64,000 nucleotides of DNA from Eledone cirrhosa (lineage: Eukaryota): the NCBI GenBank assembly GCA_964016885.1, contig OZ024740.1:66650001-66714000 (forward strand), in the 5' to 3' direction. Under the pieces are notes generated by a model. It saw only the letters and a program-made list of their open reading frames with translations. It searched no databases and was not told the origin of the DNA. The first letter of the stretch is position 1. Each line of letters begins with the position of its first letter. Made by a program: the position numbers and the translations under genes. Positions 13,925 to 26,725 of the stretch are shown here, one piece after another.

Positions 13925-15022
13925 CATATATGTGTGTGCGTGTGTGTGTGTGTGTGCGTGTATGTGTGTATGTATGTGTGTGTGTATGTATTATTAAACC
14001 GAAGAAGATTACCCGTGCTTCTCATGTTGCTTCCAAATGTGGAATACTGTAAGTCTCGTCGTCACATATCATTCTCTGGAAGACTAGCAGTTGCCTATTC
14101 CTGCACGTTCCTCATTCCATTACAGTGATGTTTGTCCATGGAAAATGTAACGATCGATATCATTTGTCATTAGTTTTGCGGTTTGCGAACCCCAAATGTA
14201 AAGAGCTGGACGATATATGAGAACAACTCATTTCTGCTTCCTGCGTCCTTGAATTTTTTAATCATCAATATGAGAATGGCTGATAAACGTAACCGTGAGG
14301 CCTTTGAACTCAATTTGTATACCTCATATATGAAGATAAACCTCATTCACAGTTCATTAGTAAAAGCCCTTACGATTCCATCGGCAGATCTATTTATGAA
14401 TTTGCCATAAAGATCTAAGAGTTGGCTAAAAGCAAATGATTTGGACACAACTGTGTCGTTTCCCAGTGGGAAACAATCCGTTACATGTATGCTTGTACGG
14501 GAAGAGAAGGCATAACAGCTATTTAACAGTCTTTTATTGATTGCATAGTAGTGAGAAGAAATATATTGCCCATAGTTGAGTGCAGGGTAACCAAGATATA
14601 AAACTTGGCAATAAAGAAGAATTGAATATGAGGTTTTATGTTTATAGACATATGAGACAATCTTACAGTATTGATATTTTATGAAACGACCAAAAGAATA
14701 GTAATACCATTATGTTATGGAGAATTTCTAATTATATTTGCGATTATGAATATCTTCATCTTTATTTGCTTCATATTTCCACACTTTATTAATAATTTCC
14801 ATTGTAGAATTGATTCTAAATATTTTATAGGTACGATTTAGCCGCAGAATATATCATTAGTGCAATGCAAGATTCTCTTTGAAATTATTTCATAATTATG
14901 AATAGATCGAAATATTTTCTATCAATATTTATCTCCCCTTCTCTCCGTATCACTCTCTCTCGCCTACTGTCTGCCTCTCTCCCCCTCTCTCTCTTTCTCC
15001 CTCTCTCTCCCCCTATCCCTCT

Positions 15023-15076
<54 letters not shown>

Positions 15077-15081
<5 letters not shown>

Positions 15082-15390
15082 ACGTAAAATAAGAACATTT
15101 TAAAAAAATTTTTAAAAATTAACTTACTTACTAAAATTTTCACTCCAAATAATTAGTTTCTGCAATTACGTAACTGTCTTTATCCCATTGCAGAAACTAA
15201 TTGGTTGGAGTGAAAATTTTAGTAAGTAAGTTAATTTTTTTTAATTTTTTTAAAATTTTCTTATTTTACGTCTTATATATTATTGTTCTGCATCCTCCTG
15301 CATTGAACCACCTAGGTACTATGACATAACCTGTGTATTTGCTGGCATTAGCGTACATCTGTACGCATATGTTAGTAGATATACTAAATT
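15077..15390. repeat. Fold-back element (arms ~15077-15166 and ~15187-15277, plus a right-hand tail)
   Basis: ataagacgtaaaataagaa...ttagtttctgcaat and attgcagaaactaa...ttcttattttacgtcttat form ~90-bp inverted arms with a 20-nt loop. The short arm abuts (TA)n. Confidence 0.8.
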
Positions 15391-15479
15391 CTCTCTCTCT
15401 CTCTATATATATATATAGAGAGAGAGAGAGAGCAGTGTAGAGAGAGGGAGTAAGAGCCCACGCATTCCTTTAAGGACAT

Positions 15480-16250
15480 GTGCATCAACTTTTTAAGCAC
15501 GTAGAAACAAGTTGGTATGAATAATCTTGAGATGCTTCTTCACCAATCTCTCCAATGAATCTGTTGTCAACATTAATGGCCGCTTCAATACGTGCTTTGA
15601 AACATTTATATGCCCGAATAAGTTGATCTTTATCTAATTTAAACATTGAGGTACCTATAGTGGACTATTTTATACCATTATGGAAGAGCAATTGACGTCC
15701 TCTCAACTACGCCTCATAAGCAATGGTCTAAAGGTTTCAGGTCTGTTGAGCAAGGATACCATACGCTTGAGCTGACTTAATTAGGTAAATTGTAGCTCAA
15801 ACAATTTGGGATCTATTTAGGGATATAAGAGCCTTGTGTGTAGAAGCACGATCTATTTTGTCCACGCTCCCCTTCATCGGACTTATAACCCTCTGTATCA
15901 GACCATTATAGTCAGTGGTACTGACCCATCAACCCCAAGGAAAGAAGTGTGATGGCACTACGTATCCCTCGTTGCTCTCAACTCTCTGAACCATCAGATG
16001 TGCTGGTAACCTTTTTTACATGACAGTTGGAATGACTTTAGTTTCCTCCAAAACCACCTGTCATTCCTTCAGATGATCTTTTATTCCCGATCTATTTTTT
16101 TTCCATCAGAGAGAAACCAAAGTATTCCAATCTCTCGGTGTTTCAGCCTGCTTAACATGATGGTTATCTCCACATCATTTATGACTTGTTTCGAACGTAC
16201 TCAAGCCTAATTCTGCTGATAGTGTGCCTTCAAAACTTAAGCTCATTAAT
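15480..16250 (-). mobile_element. Tc1/mariner-superfamily transposase relic
   Basis: Minus-strand WYPCSTDLKPLDHCL*GVVER matches the WPPxSPDLNPLDYxxWG motif. Heavily decayed, with approximate boundaries. Confidence 0.55.
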
Positions 16251-17587
16251 AATTTTCTCATTAGATTAATGTCTGCACCTTTGTTATAAATCTGGATGAT
16301 TTGATGTCATTAGAATTATTATAAGACATTGTACGTTTGACTACTACTGTAGAATCCTTATCAATGTCTTCCAGCTCTTTTTTAAGTTTTACAGCAAACG
16401 ATTGTGCAAATATCAGGAGACGTTCACTCTCAAAATAACTATGATCTGCTTTAAAGCAATGATTACAACGTGCTCAATATTTTTCTGAAGCTTAAATTAC
16501 ATAAATTATGTCGAAGTCAACATTATTTTCCAGAGTATAAATATTGTATGTATACAAACACAAATACATCTAACAAAAAATACCTTTGATTATATAGCGG
16601 ATTTATTTGCAATTACTCAATATTGCAAAGAAATCCAATTTTCACTTATCTTCAGTAATTATCAATGACTATTCTTTGTTTGTTTTTATTGCTTCATAGG
16701 TGTAAGTATAAGTGTCTGACATGTTATACCTGTTTAACTGTATACATACCTATTTTCTTTACGTATGTTATACATGTTCATGACACTTCATCTACAAATA
16801 TGCTTCGTAATCTTGGATTAAGTTGTGAATGAATATTCCCGTCATTGATACTACACTAAAACCTCGAATTCGTTGTATATTTCATGTTATTCAAAATCTC
16901 CTTGCTACAGCATAATTACTCCGGCACAAAATAAGAAGAATTAGAATAACGTGACATGTATTTCTCCACGTACGATGTTGCTTACTCTTAATAGAACGAG
17001 AATAACTAAATAAATAAGAGTAAATGTAATCATGTGTTTAATATAAGAAAGCCCTCAACCGTCCTTTTTTGACTGCATTTCCATCATTTAATTTCCTTGT
17101 TTTGCATCTGGAAAGGACATAGAGAGAAGAATTCAGTTATAGCGCGACAAATATTAATATAAAATCATGAGAGATTTGCTACAATTTACTTGTGACTGAT
17201 ATAGGAAAATATATATTTTCTACGGTGAATCTATAGAATCTTTACAACATAGAACAAAGCATGTTGTGATCGAATTTTATTATTTACGATTGCGATGTGA
17301 GAGTCTGAACCATTCATTCACTGGTGTATGACGAAATTCAGCTATGTTAATCGCTCTTTGCAGACTTTACTGAAATAGTTTTCTTATTGTTTTAAGATAT
17401 TGCAGTAATAACTTAAACTCATGTTGAACTTACCTTTAATGCACACACACATATACGCACACAGACACGTACACACCCACAAACACACATACCCACACCC
17501 ATACACACAGATACACATACACATACTCATACACATGAACACCCACCCACCCACACTTATGTATATATATATATATGAAAAAGTCGA

Positions 17588-17637
17588 GACCCTGACGACG
17601 GAGTAGTCGAAACGGCCGGAGCTCGACCGTCGGGGTC
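17588..17637 (+). ncRNA. Hammerhead ribozyme-like motif; unduplicated relative of fold-back family A
   Basis: gacc-CUGACGA-cggaguaguc-GAAA-CGGccggagcucgaCCG-UC^-gggguc. Downstream tattaccca...ccaagtat matches the family A tail. Stems I and II are imperfect. Confidence 0.65.
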
Positions 17638-17942
17638 CCGAATATTTCATATTACCCAATACACAATCCCAAGTATGTTGTACACAGGTGAATATAAATT
17701 TATATATATATATGTATATATATATATTTCGTTTCTGAATTTGTTTAGCAAGATTCTTTATCTGAAATCGTGTGTTGAAACCGATATTGTTATACTTTGG
17801 GAGGGTCATGTTGCCAATAAGAAACACACGCACCAGTTGCTTTCACTTCAATTTAATTTAATATATATTTATAAATTTACAAATTCATAAATTTCTGGTT
17901 GGTTGGTTGCTTCCACAACCAGATAGTTGTTTATATATATAT

Positions 17943-17987
17943 AGTCATAGTTCTTTCGTCACACACTCTGTGACCTCTTCAGTGACT
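17943..17987 (-). ncRNA. Minimal type I hammerhead in the PLE 3' UTR / pseudo-LTR
   Basis: AGUCA-CUGAAGA-gGUCACAgagugUGUGAC-GAAA-GaaC-UA^-UGACU. Minimal HHRs in PLE pseudo-LTRs are an established feature. Confidence 0.8.
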
Positions 17988-18284
17988 GGGGATTTCTTTC
18001 TTCGTTTCTGTGCCTTTCCTTTCTTCTATCCTATGCCATTTTGTTTGTGTGTGGGTTGCGTGCTCAGTTTGCGCATGCGCCACATCCGGGTGTCTGTGTG
18101 TGTTTGTGTTCATTTTTCTATTTTTCTATTTATATTTGTTTGTTTATTTATTTATTTATTGTTGGTTGGTTGTTTGTTCTATGTGTGTGTGTGTTTTCAT
18201 TTTGTCTTGTGTGTGTTTTCATTTTGTGTGTGTTTTCAATTGTAAGTTGTTTGTTCTATGTGTGTGTGTGTTTTCATTTTGTCC

Positions 18285-21200
18285 TTAATTGTAAGTTGTG
18301 ATGTTGCTGTTCCACTCATATTTTCTATTTAATTTTGGTTTTAATTCTTTTATGCTTACTGCCTCTGTAATTTGCCTAAACATTGCGTCTTTCTTGTGTG
18401 TGGATTCTATTTTTATTTCTATGCTCTCTAATTTACCCCTGTGTTCTATCTTAGCATGTTGGTAGAGCACAGATGATTCTTTACTATCTTGGAGGTCTCG
18501 CCAGTGTTCATTTATTCGTTCCCCTATACTACGAGCTGTCTCACCTATGTACACTATATTTTTGTTTCTACATTGTCCTTCAGTACATCTTATGCTATAT
18601 ACTACATTTCTAGTTTTACAGTTAATATGGGGGCTTATTTTACAGGTTATACATTTCTTATCTATACATGAGGGTCTTTGGAACGGGTATGTCTTGCTAA
18701 TAAGTGTTTTTACGGAGGTACCAGGTCTTTCTACTATCTTAATATTGAGATTATGTTTCTTTAGGGCCCTTCTAAATTTGTAGGCTAGTTCGCCTCTAGG
18801 GGTTGTATTGATGAACATTACACTCTGGTATTTATTGCTATCATACCATGAGTTTATTCTATTGGCCTTGTTCTTAGTTCTTTCTATTCTATTCCAAAAT
18901 TTGCTCCTATAGAAGGGGCAGGTCCCATTTATGTCATTATTTACCATTTTTTACCATTTGGTTCTGGCTCCTTTATACACTCTGATTCTATCTCTCTGAT
19001 TGTAGCCAGAGAACTGCATACGGTGGATGAAGTGTTGTATGTGTCTCTCTAGTTCTTCGGGGTTGCACATGCGGGACACATTTCTCATCACCCGTACCAA
19101 ATCCGCAATCAGTATGTTGATTTTGGTATGGTCCGAAATGGCCGAGTTTCGGTGGATCAGATGTTTGGAAGTCATGGGTTTGGCATAATGGGAATGGAGG
19201 ATTTGTTTTTGGTTGTTAATAGTATCTAACCAGAGCTCTGTGTCTAGTACAGGTAATCGATGGTTGGGGTGTCTACTTGGGTAGTCTATAGTAACTCTAA
19301 TGCTCTGGTGGATGGAGTTTGCTATTTGCTGGATGCTTTCCATTGTGTTTTTCTCTGGTTCCTGACTGTTCTTTAGTGGGGGTGTCTTAACTACGATGTT
19401 TATATCATCTACGTAGCGGGAGTACATTATCAGGGTTAAGCTGTCTTCTAATTGTTCATTAAGTTTTTGTTTAAGTCTACTGTCCCACCATACCATGAAC
19501 AAGTTAGCTATGTCGCCTGCAATGCTAACACCAATGGCTGCTCCTTCCTCTTGGGCATATGTTTTACCATTAAATTTGAACATATGTTCCTTAAGGGTTA
19601 ATTTTATGCTGGCCCCTACCGCATGTGCAATCATTTTCTTCAGTTCATCGTGGTTTTCGGGTGTCCGTATGGCTCTGGTCCACCCGTTCCATCTATCTGT
19701 GTGGGTTTTCTTGGCCATTGAGGTAATGGTAGGTGGTCTGCCTCTTGCTGGTCTTGTAGGGCACAGGTTGCTAAGGTCATAAGTGTCTAGGTAACTATTA
19801 CTATGGGTAAGCTTAAGTAGAAGTCCCAGCTCACTGGAATCAATCCCACGGAACTCAACCTTGCTCTCGCTGATCATTTCGACGCATTTCTCCACAGCAA
19901 AATCCACGTCAATAGATGGATACAGGGACACAACATCCATACTGCCTATTATGCAGTTTGTTAGGTCCCCAGATCGGTTACCCGCGCCGATTCTGCTGAG
20001 GAGGTCCTCCGTGCTGTCACACACATCTGGGGACATCTCAATGATGGGGCGTATGATCAGGGAGAGGAAGTAGGGCAGTCTGTAGTTACTAGCAATGTTA
20101 GCCCCACAGACTGGCCGTGTTGGTGGTCCCGCGACAGGATCCCAGCCCGTTTTATGGTCTTTTCGAAGCCCATACAACGCCGGCACGTCATTGTTCCAGG
20201 CTTGGAAGTTGTTGGCAGTCCTTTTGTTGGGCTGCATTATATTTGTCCACATCACCATATGGGCATTGAGGGTTTTTTCTCTATCCTCATGCTCCTGTGG
20301 TGTTACCTCTCTTGTGTTAGTGATGTGGGGTTGCATTGCCTGGATGTAGTTTGGCAGGCTGTCAACCGACATTCTGCCAGACTTGTCTGTTGGAAAGCAT
20401 GCTATCTCTCCATTACGTGAGCGCTGCATGAGCTTACGCAAGCCATTTGCAGATTCTTCTCCCAGTTGCTGGGCCTCTATTCTATTATGCTTCTTGCTAT
20501 ACTGTTCTATAATATTTCTAAGTTCGGATTTAGCTATACTAAATTGTGCTTCTGTTTGTTCATCGACCTGCGACGGCAACTGCGTGCGTTTGTTAAATGG
20601 CAAAGTCGTGGCGTGGACTCGTCGTAGGTCGAATGATTTATCGGAGGGGTTATAAAACGGAGAGTTCCAGGCTGCTGCTTTATGTGTACTAGTGCTATTG
20701 TTAGTTGTGTTGTTTCTATTTCCACCAACAGCAGCAGCCTCAGCTTCATGGTTGTTTCTATGTCTCTCATAATTACTCCTGTCTCTTTCCACTGGCTCAA
20801 TGTTGTTATCTACCCTATTTTGTGTGTCTGTGTGTTCGTCTTGGTTATTCTCTTTGTCCTTAGTCTCCCTTCTCCTTTTAATCCTATTACTTTCTCTTAT
20901 TTCTCTGATTTCTGTGCTACTGTCATTACTTGTTTTCTGTGTCTGTGTGTTTGTTAAGATTGTAGTGGTGGTGAGAGGCATTGAATGTGTGTGTGTTGTT
21001 GTTGTTGATGTGTGTTGTTGTTGATGTGTGTTGTTGTCTCCGTGTGTGTGTGTGTTATCGTTGTTGTGTGTGTTGTTATTGTTGTTTGTGTTTGCGTGTC
21101 TGTTGTTGTTGTATCTGGGTATGTTGCTGTTGTTGTTGTTGTTGATGTGTGTGTTGTTGTTATTGTTGTCTCCGTGTGTGTTGTTATTGTTGTTTGTGTC

Positions 21201-21548
21201 TGCGTGTCTGTTGTATCTGGGTATGTTGCTATTGTTGGTGTTGTATCTGGGTATGTTGCTATTGTTGTTGTTATTGTTGTTTGTGTCTGTGTGTCTGTTG
21301 TTGTTGGGATGTGTGTTGTATATGTGTGTGCGTATATTGTTGCGTTTGTTTTTGTTTTTGATGCTCCAGCGTAGTTTCGTAAATGATTTTTCTATTTCTG
21401 ACAGACAACTAATCATATTTACCTTCTTGAATGTCGCAAATTTGGGTGGCAGACGTAACACAGACATTTCATTATTATCTATTTCCGTGTTTCCATAAAT
21501 GTTGGTATTTTCATTGTTGAACTCTTCAGATAATGAGGTGTCGGCCAT
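18285..21548 (-). pseudogene. PLE RT + GIY-YIG ORF interrupted by one nonsense change
   Basis: The 865-aa and 220-aa ORFs are in the same frame. TGG TAA AAA (stop at 18951-18953) corresponds to TGG GAA AAA in the + copy. Confidence 0.93.
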
Positions 21549-22101
21549 GTTGATACCGTCAATTTTGTCGGGATATCTATTGGTATACTCTATAGTATCC
21601 CGATTTAGCTTTGCCTGTTTAAGCCACTTTAATTTTTTGTTAAAGTGCTTATTACATTCTTGAGTAATGTACTGTTCTTCGGGGCGTATAAGGCTTATAA
21701 ATGTTAGTTTTTCTGCTGGTGTGGTGATTTTAGATATTTCATCTATTAGGTTACGCTTTAGTTTTTCTTGATGACTTAATTCTCTATAGATCTTCTTTTT
21801 TTTTATGTTTAGAATTAAAGAACAATTCTAAACAATTCTAAACATAAAAAAAAAGAAGATCTATAGAGAATTAAGTCATCAAGAAAAACTAAAGCGTAAC
21901 CTAATAGATGAAATATCTAAAATCACCACACCAGCAGAAAAACTAACATTTATAAGCCTTATACGCCCCGAAGAACAGTACATTACTCAAGAATGTAATA
22001 AGCACTTTAACAGAAAATTAAAGTGGCTTAAACAGGCAAAGCTAAATCGGGATACTATAGAGTATACCAATAGATATCCCGACAAAATTGACGGTATCAA
22101 C

Positions 22102-25100
22102 ATGGCCGACACCTCATTATCTGAAGAGTTCAACAATGAAAATACCAACATTTATGGAAACACGGAAATAGATAATAATGAAATGTCTGTGTTACGTCTG
22201 CCACCCAAATTTGCGACATTCAAGAAGGTAAATATGATTAGTTGTCTGTCAGAAATAGAAAAATCATTTACGAAACTACGCTGGAGCATCAAAAACAAAA
22301 ACAAAAGCAACAATATACGCACACACATATACAACACACATCCCAACAACAACAGACACACAGACACAAACAACAATAACAACAACAATAGCAACATACC
22401 CAGATACAACACCAACAATAGCAACATACCCAGATACAACAGACACGCAGACACAAACAACAATAACAACACACACGGAGACAACAATAACAACAACACA
22501 CACATCAACAACAACAACAACAGCAACATACCCAGATACAACAACAACAGACACGCAAACACAAACAACAATAACAACACACACAACAACGATAACACAC
22601 ACACACACGGAGACAACAACACACATCAACAACAACACACATCAACAACAACAACACACACACATTCAATGCCTCTCACCACCACTACAATCTTAACAAA
22701 CACACAGACACAGAAAACAAGTAATGACAGTAGCACAGAAATCAGAGAAATAAGAGAAAGTAATAGGATTAAAAGGAGAAGGGAGACTAAGGACAAAGAG
22801 AATAACCAAGACGAACACACAGACACACAAAATAGGGTAGATAACAACATTGAGCCAGTGGAAAGAGACAGGAGTAATTATGAGAGACATAGAAACAACC
22901 ATGAAGCTGAGGCTGCTGCTGTTGGTGGAAATAGAAACAACACAACTAACAATAGCACTAGTACACATAAAGCAGCAGCCTGGAACTCTCCGTTTTATAA
23001 CCCCTCCGATAAATCATTCGACCTACGACGAGTCCACGCCACGACTTTGCCATTTAACAAACGCACGCAGTTGCCGTCGCAGGTCGATGAACAAACAGAA
23101 GCACAATTTAGTATAGCTAAATCCGAACTTAGAAATATTATAGAACAGTATAGCAAGAAGCATAATAGAATAGAGGCCCAGCAACTGGGAGAAGAATCTG
23201 CAAATGGCTTGCGTAAGCTCATGCAGCGCTCACGTAATGGAGAGATAGCATGCTTTCCAACAGACAAGTCTGGCAGAATGTCGGTTGACAGCCTGCCAAA
23301 CTACATCCAGGCAATGCAACCCCACATCACTAACACAAGAGAGGTAACACCACAGGAGCATGAGGATAGAGAAAAAACCCTCAATGCCCATATGGTGATG
23401 TGGACAAATATAATGCAGCCCAACAAAAGGACTGCCAACAACTTCCAAGCCTGGAACAATGACGTGCCGGCGTTGTATGGGCTTCGAAAAGACCATAAAA
23501 CGGGCTGGGATCCTGTCGCGGGACCACCAACACGGCCAGTCTGTGGGGCTAACATTGCTAGTAACTACAGACTGCCCTACTTCCTCTCCCTGATCATACG
23601 CCCCATCATTGAGATGTCCCCAGATGTGTGTGACAGCACGGAGGACCTCCTCAGCAGAATCGGCGCGGGTAACCGATCTGGGGACCTAACAAACTGCATA
23701 ATAGGCAGTATGGATGTTGTGTCCCTGTATCCATCTATTGACGTGGATTTTGCTGTGGAGAAATGCGTCGAAATGATCAGCGAGAGCAAGGTTGAGTTCC
23801 GTGGGATTGATTCCAGTGAGCTGGGACTTCTACTTAAGCTTACCCATAGTAATAGTTACCTAGACACTTATGACCTTAGCAACCTGTGCCCTACAAGACC
23901 AGCAAGAGGCAGACCACCTACCATTACCTCAATGGCCAAGAAAACCCACACAGATAGATGGAACGGGTGGACCAGAGCCATACGGACACCCGAAAACCAC
24001 GATGAACTGAAGAAAATGATTGCACATGCGGTAGGGGCCAGCATAAAATTAACCCTTAAGGAACATATGTTCAAATTTAATGGTAAAACATATGCCCAAG
24101 AGGAAGGAGCAGCCATTGGTGTTAGCATTGCAGGCGACATAGCTAACTTGTTCATGGTATGGTGGGACAGTAGACTTAAACAAAAACTTAATGAACAATT
24201 AGAAGACAGCTTAACCCTGATAATGTACTCCCGCTACGTAGATGATATAAACATCGTAGTTAAGACACCCCCACTAAAGAACAGTCAGGAACCAGAGAAA
24301 AACACAATGGAAAGCATCCAGCAAATAGCAAACTCCATCCACCAGAGCATTAGAGTTACTATAGACTACCCAAGTAGACACCCCAACCATCGATTACCTG
24401 TACTAGACACAGAGCTCTGGTTAGATACTATTAACAACCAAAAACAAATCCTCCATTCCCATTATGCCAAACCCATGACTTCCAAACATCTGATCCACCG
24501 AAACTCGGCCATTTCGGACCATACCAAAATCAACATACTGATTGCGGATTTGGTACGGGTGATGAGAAATGTGTCCCGCATGTGCAACCCCGAAGAACTA
24601 GAGAGACACATACAACACTTCATCCACCGTATGCAGTTCTCTGGCTACAATCAGAGAGATAGAATCAGAGTGTATAAAGGAGCCAGAACCAAATGGGAAA
24701 AAATGGTAAATAATGACATAAATGGGACCTGCCCCTTCTATAGGAGCAAATTTTGGAATAGAATAGAAAGAACTAAGAACAAGGCCAATAGAATAAACTC
24801 ATGGTATGATAGCAATAAATACCAGAGTGTAATGTTCATCAATACAACCCCTAGAGGCGAACTAGCCTACAAATTTAGAAGGGCCCTAAAGAAACATAAT
24901 CTCAATATTAAGATAGTAGAAAGACCTGGTACCTCCGTAAAAACACTTATTAGCAAGACATACCCGTTCCAAAGACCCTCATGTATAGATAAGAAATGTA
25001 TAACCTGTAAAATAAGCCCCCATATTAACTGTAAAACTAGAAATGTAGTATATAGCATAAGATGTACTGAAGGACAATGTAGAAACAAAAATATAGTGTA

Positions 25101-25365
25101 CATAGGTGAGACAGCTCGTAGTATAGGGGAACGAATAAATGAACACTGGCGAGACCTCCAAGATAGTAAAGAATCATCTGTGCTCTACCAACATGCTAAG
25201 ATAGAACACAGGGGTAAATTAGAGAGCATAGAAATAAAAATAGAATCCACACACAAGAAAGACGCAATGTTTAGGCAAATTACAGAGGCAGTAAGCATAA
25301 AAGAATTAAAACCAAAATTAAATAGAAAATATGAGTGGAACAGCAACATCACAACTTACAATTAA
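22102..25365 (+). CDS. Penelope-like reverse transcriptase / GIY-YIG endonuclease (1087 aa from the first ATG; frame open a further 89 codons upstream to the inversion junction)
   Basis: PTDKSG, LYGLRKDHK..PTRPV, SMDVVSLYPSI, QEEGAAIG, YSRYVDD, a CxxxxCxxC linker, VVYSIRC...YIGETARSIGERINEH and LNRKYEWN. Clade not resolved (Neptune/Nematis-like linker). Confidence 0.95.
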   Translation: MADTSLSEEFNNENTNIYGNTEIDNNEMSVLRLPPKFATFKKVNMISCLSEIEKSFTKLRWSIKNKNKSNNIRTHIYNTHPNNNRHTDTNNNNNNNSNIPRYNTNNSNIPRYNRHADTNNNNNTHGDNNNNNTHINNNNNSNIPRYNNNRHANTNNNNNTHNNDNTHTHGDNNTHQQQHTSTTTTHTHSMPLTTTTILTNTQTQKTSNDSSTEIREIRESNRIKRRRETKDKENNQDEHTDTQNRVDNNIEPVERDRSNYERHRNNHEAEAAAVGGNRNNTTNNSTSTHKAAAWNSPFYNPSDKSFDLRRVHATTLPFNKRTQLPSQVDEQTEAQFSIAKSELRNIIEQYSKKHNRIEAQQLGEESANGLRKLMQRSRNGEIACFPTDKSGRMSVDSLPNYIQAMQPHITNTREVTPQEHEDREKTLNAHMVMWTNIMQPNKRTANNFQAWNNDVPALYGLRKDHKTGWDPVAGPPTRPVCGANIASNYRLPYFLSLIIRPIIEMSPDVCDSTEDLLSRIGAGNRSGDLTNCIIGSMDVVSLYPSIDVDFAVEKCVEMISESKVEFRGIDSSELGLLLKLTHSNSYLDTYDLSNLCPTRPARGRPPTITSMAKKTHTDRWNGWTRAIRTPENHDELKKMIAHAVGASIKLTLKEHMFKFNGKTYAQEEGAAIGVSIAGDIANLFMVWWDSRLKQKLNEQLEDSLTLIMYSRYVDDINIVVKTPPLKNSQEPEKNTMESIQQIANSIHQSIRVTIDYPSRHPNHRLPVLDTELWLDTINNQKQILHSHYAKPMTSKHLIHRNSAISDHTKINILIADLVRVMRNVSRMCNPEELERHIQHFIHRMQFSGYNQRDRIRVYKGARTKWEKMVNNDINGTCPFYRSKFWNRIERTKNKANRINSWYDSNKYQSVMFINTTPRGELAYKFRRALKKHNLNIKIVERPGTSVKTLISKTYPFQRPSCIDKKCITCKISPHINCKTRNVVYSIRCTEGQCRNKNIVYIGETARSIGERINEHWRDLQDSKESSVLYQHAKIEHRGKLESIEIKIESTHKKDAMFRQITEAVSIKELKPKLNRKYEWNSNITTYN

Positions 25366-25663
25366 GGACAAAATGAAAACACACACACACATAGAACAAA
25401 CAACTTACAATTGAAAACACACACAAAATGAAAACACACACAAGACAAAATGAAAACACACACACACATAGAACAAACAACCAACCAACAATAAATAAAT
25501 AAATAAACAAACAAATACAAATAGAAAAATAGAAAAATGAACACAAACACACACAGACACCCGGATGTGGCGCATGCGCAAACTGAGCACGCAACCCACA
25601 CACAAACAAAATGGCATAGGATAGAAGAAAGGAAAGGCACAGAAACGAAGAAAGAAATCCCCC

Positions 25664-25708
25664 AGTCACTGAAGAGGTCACACAGTGTGTGACGAAAGAA
25701 ATATGACT
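25664..25708 (+). ncRNA. Hammerhead in the PLE 3' UTR (stem III variant)
   Basis: AGUCA-CUGAAGA-gGUCACAcagugUGUGAC-GAAA-GaaA-UA-UGACU. A C-to-A difference from the left arm removes the G-C pair of stem III. Confidence 0.7.
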
Positions 25709-25863
25709 ATATATATATAAACAACTATCTGGTTGTGGAACCAACCAACCAACCAGAAATTTATGAATTTGTAAATTTATAAATATATATTAAATTAAAT
25801 TGAAGTGAAAGCAACTGGTGCGTGTGTTTCTTATTGGCAACATGACCCTCCCAAAGTATAACA

Positions 25864-25964
<101 letters not shown>

Positions 25965-26538
25965 TATTATACATATGCTCGTCCATTGATTATGGATGAA
26001 AATAAAGACAATGATGAAAATGCTACATTTTAATGCTAGTGTCGATTACTTTATGTAACACATACCTGTTCCTTTGCTTCCATACAAATCGTACAGTACT
26101 GCAATTGTTTGAACGGTGATTTCGCACGCGAATTAATGTATTTAAGTTAAAAAGAACATCATCTAACAAAATACTTGATTCGATTAAATATTCTATAGTT
26201 GACAATTTCGATTCAACTTCATAGTTCTTCATTTATTTAATACCATTGTGCATTCAAAAGCAACAATTTTATTAAAATATAAAATCGTGCGGAAAAGCAT
26301 TCAATAGGCTTTTATATTTAGGGTATAATTTTTAAAGATATTTCATTCTATCATAAATGAAATAATAAATACAAAAACGCATATAGCTGAAACAAATGTG
26401 GAGCGATGCAATAAATTATATATTATACTTCTTTTGATATTTGATATCATACACTGATGCTTTTACCTCATGACACCAGAACGAAGGAACAATCAGGTAC
26501 ATTATATATATATATATATAATGTACCTGATTATTACA

Positions 26539-26725
26539 GGGCGGTGAATTGGCAGTATCGGTAGAGGTTTGGACGCCATGCTTTGATGCATAGAGTTACG
26601 GCCCTTACCATTCTGAGTTCAAATCCCGCCTAGGTTAACTTTACCTTTCATTCTTACGGGGTCGATAAAATAAAGTACCAGTAATGCACTGGGATATTTG
26701 CTGGCCTTGTGCCAAAAGTGGAAAC

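Larger units (their letters stand above)
17726..21816 (-). mobile_element. Penelope-like retroelement, left arm of the palindrome (5'-truncated, with an extra ~58-nt 3' tail)
   Basis: Reverse complement of 21834-25867 over 17784-21816. The outer end abuts (TA)n. Confidence 0.95.

Noticed and set aside
18285-21548. Two-gene (RT plus separate nuclease) system, or programmed readthrough
   Set aside because: The split is a single G-to-T change relative to the uninterrupted mirror copy.
22102-25365. Telomerase, retron or group II intron RT
   Set aside because: The C-terminal GIY-YIG domain, DKS motif and pseudo-LTR hammerhead identify it as an endonuclease-containing Penelope-like element.
19495-25744. 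Antisense and overlapping short ORFs in the PLE arms (Leu/Val/Cys-rich)
   Set aside because: These are shadow frames of the RT ORF and of AC-rich repeats. They appear twice only because of the palindrome.
26539-26640. tRNA gene
   Set aside because: It has A and B boxes but no cloverleaf, and it continues into a shared SINE body in several dispersed copies.
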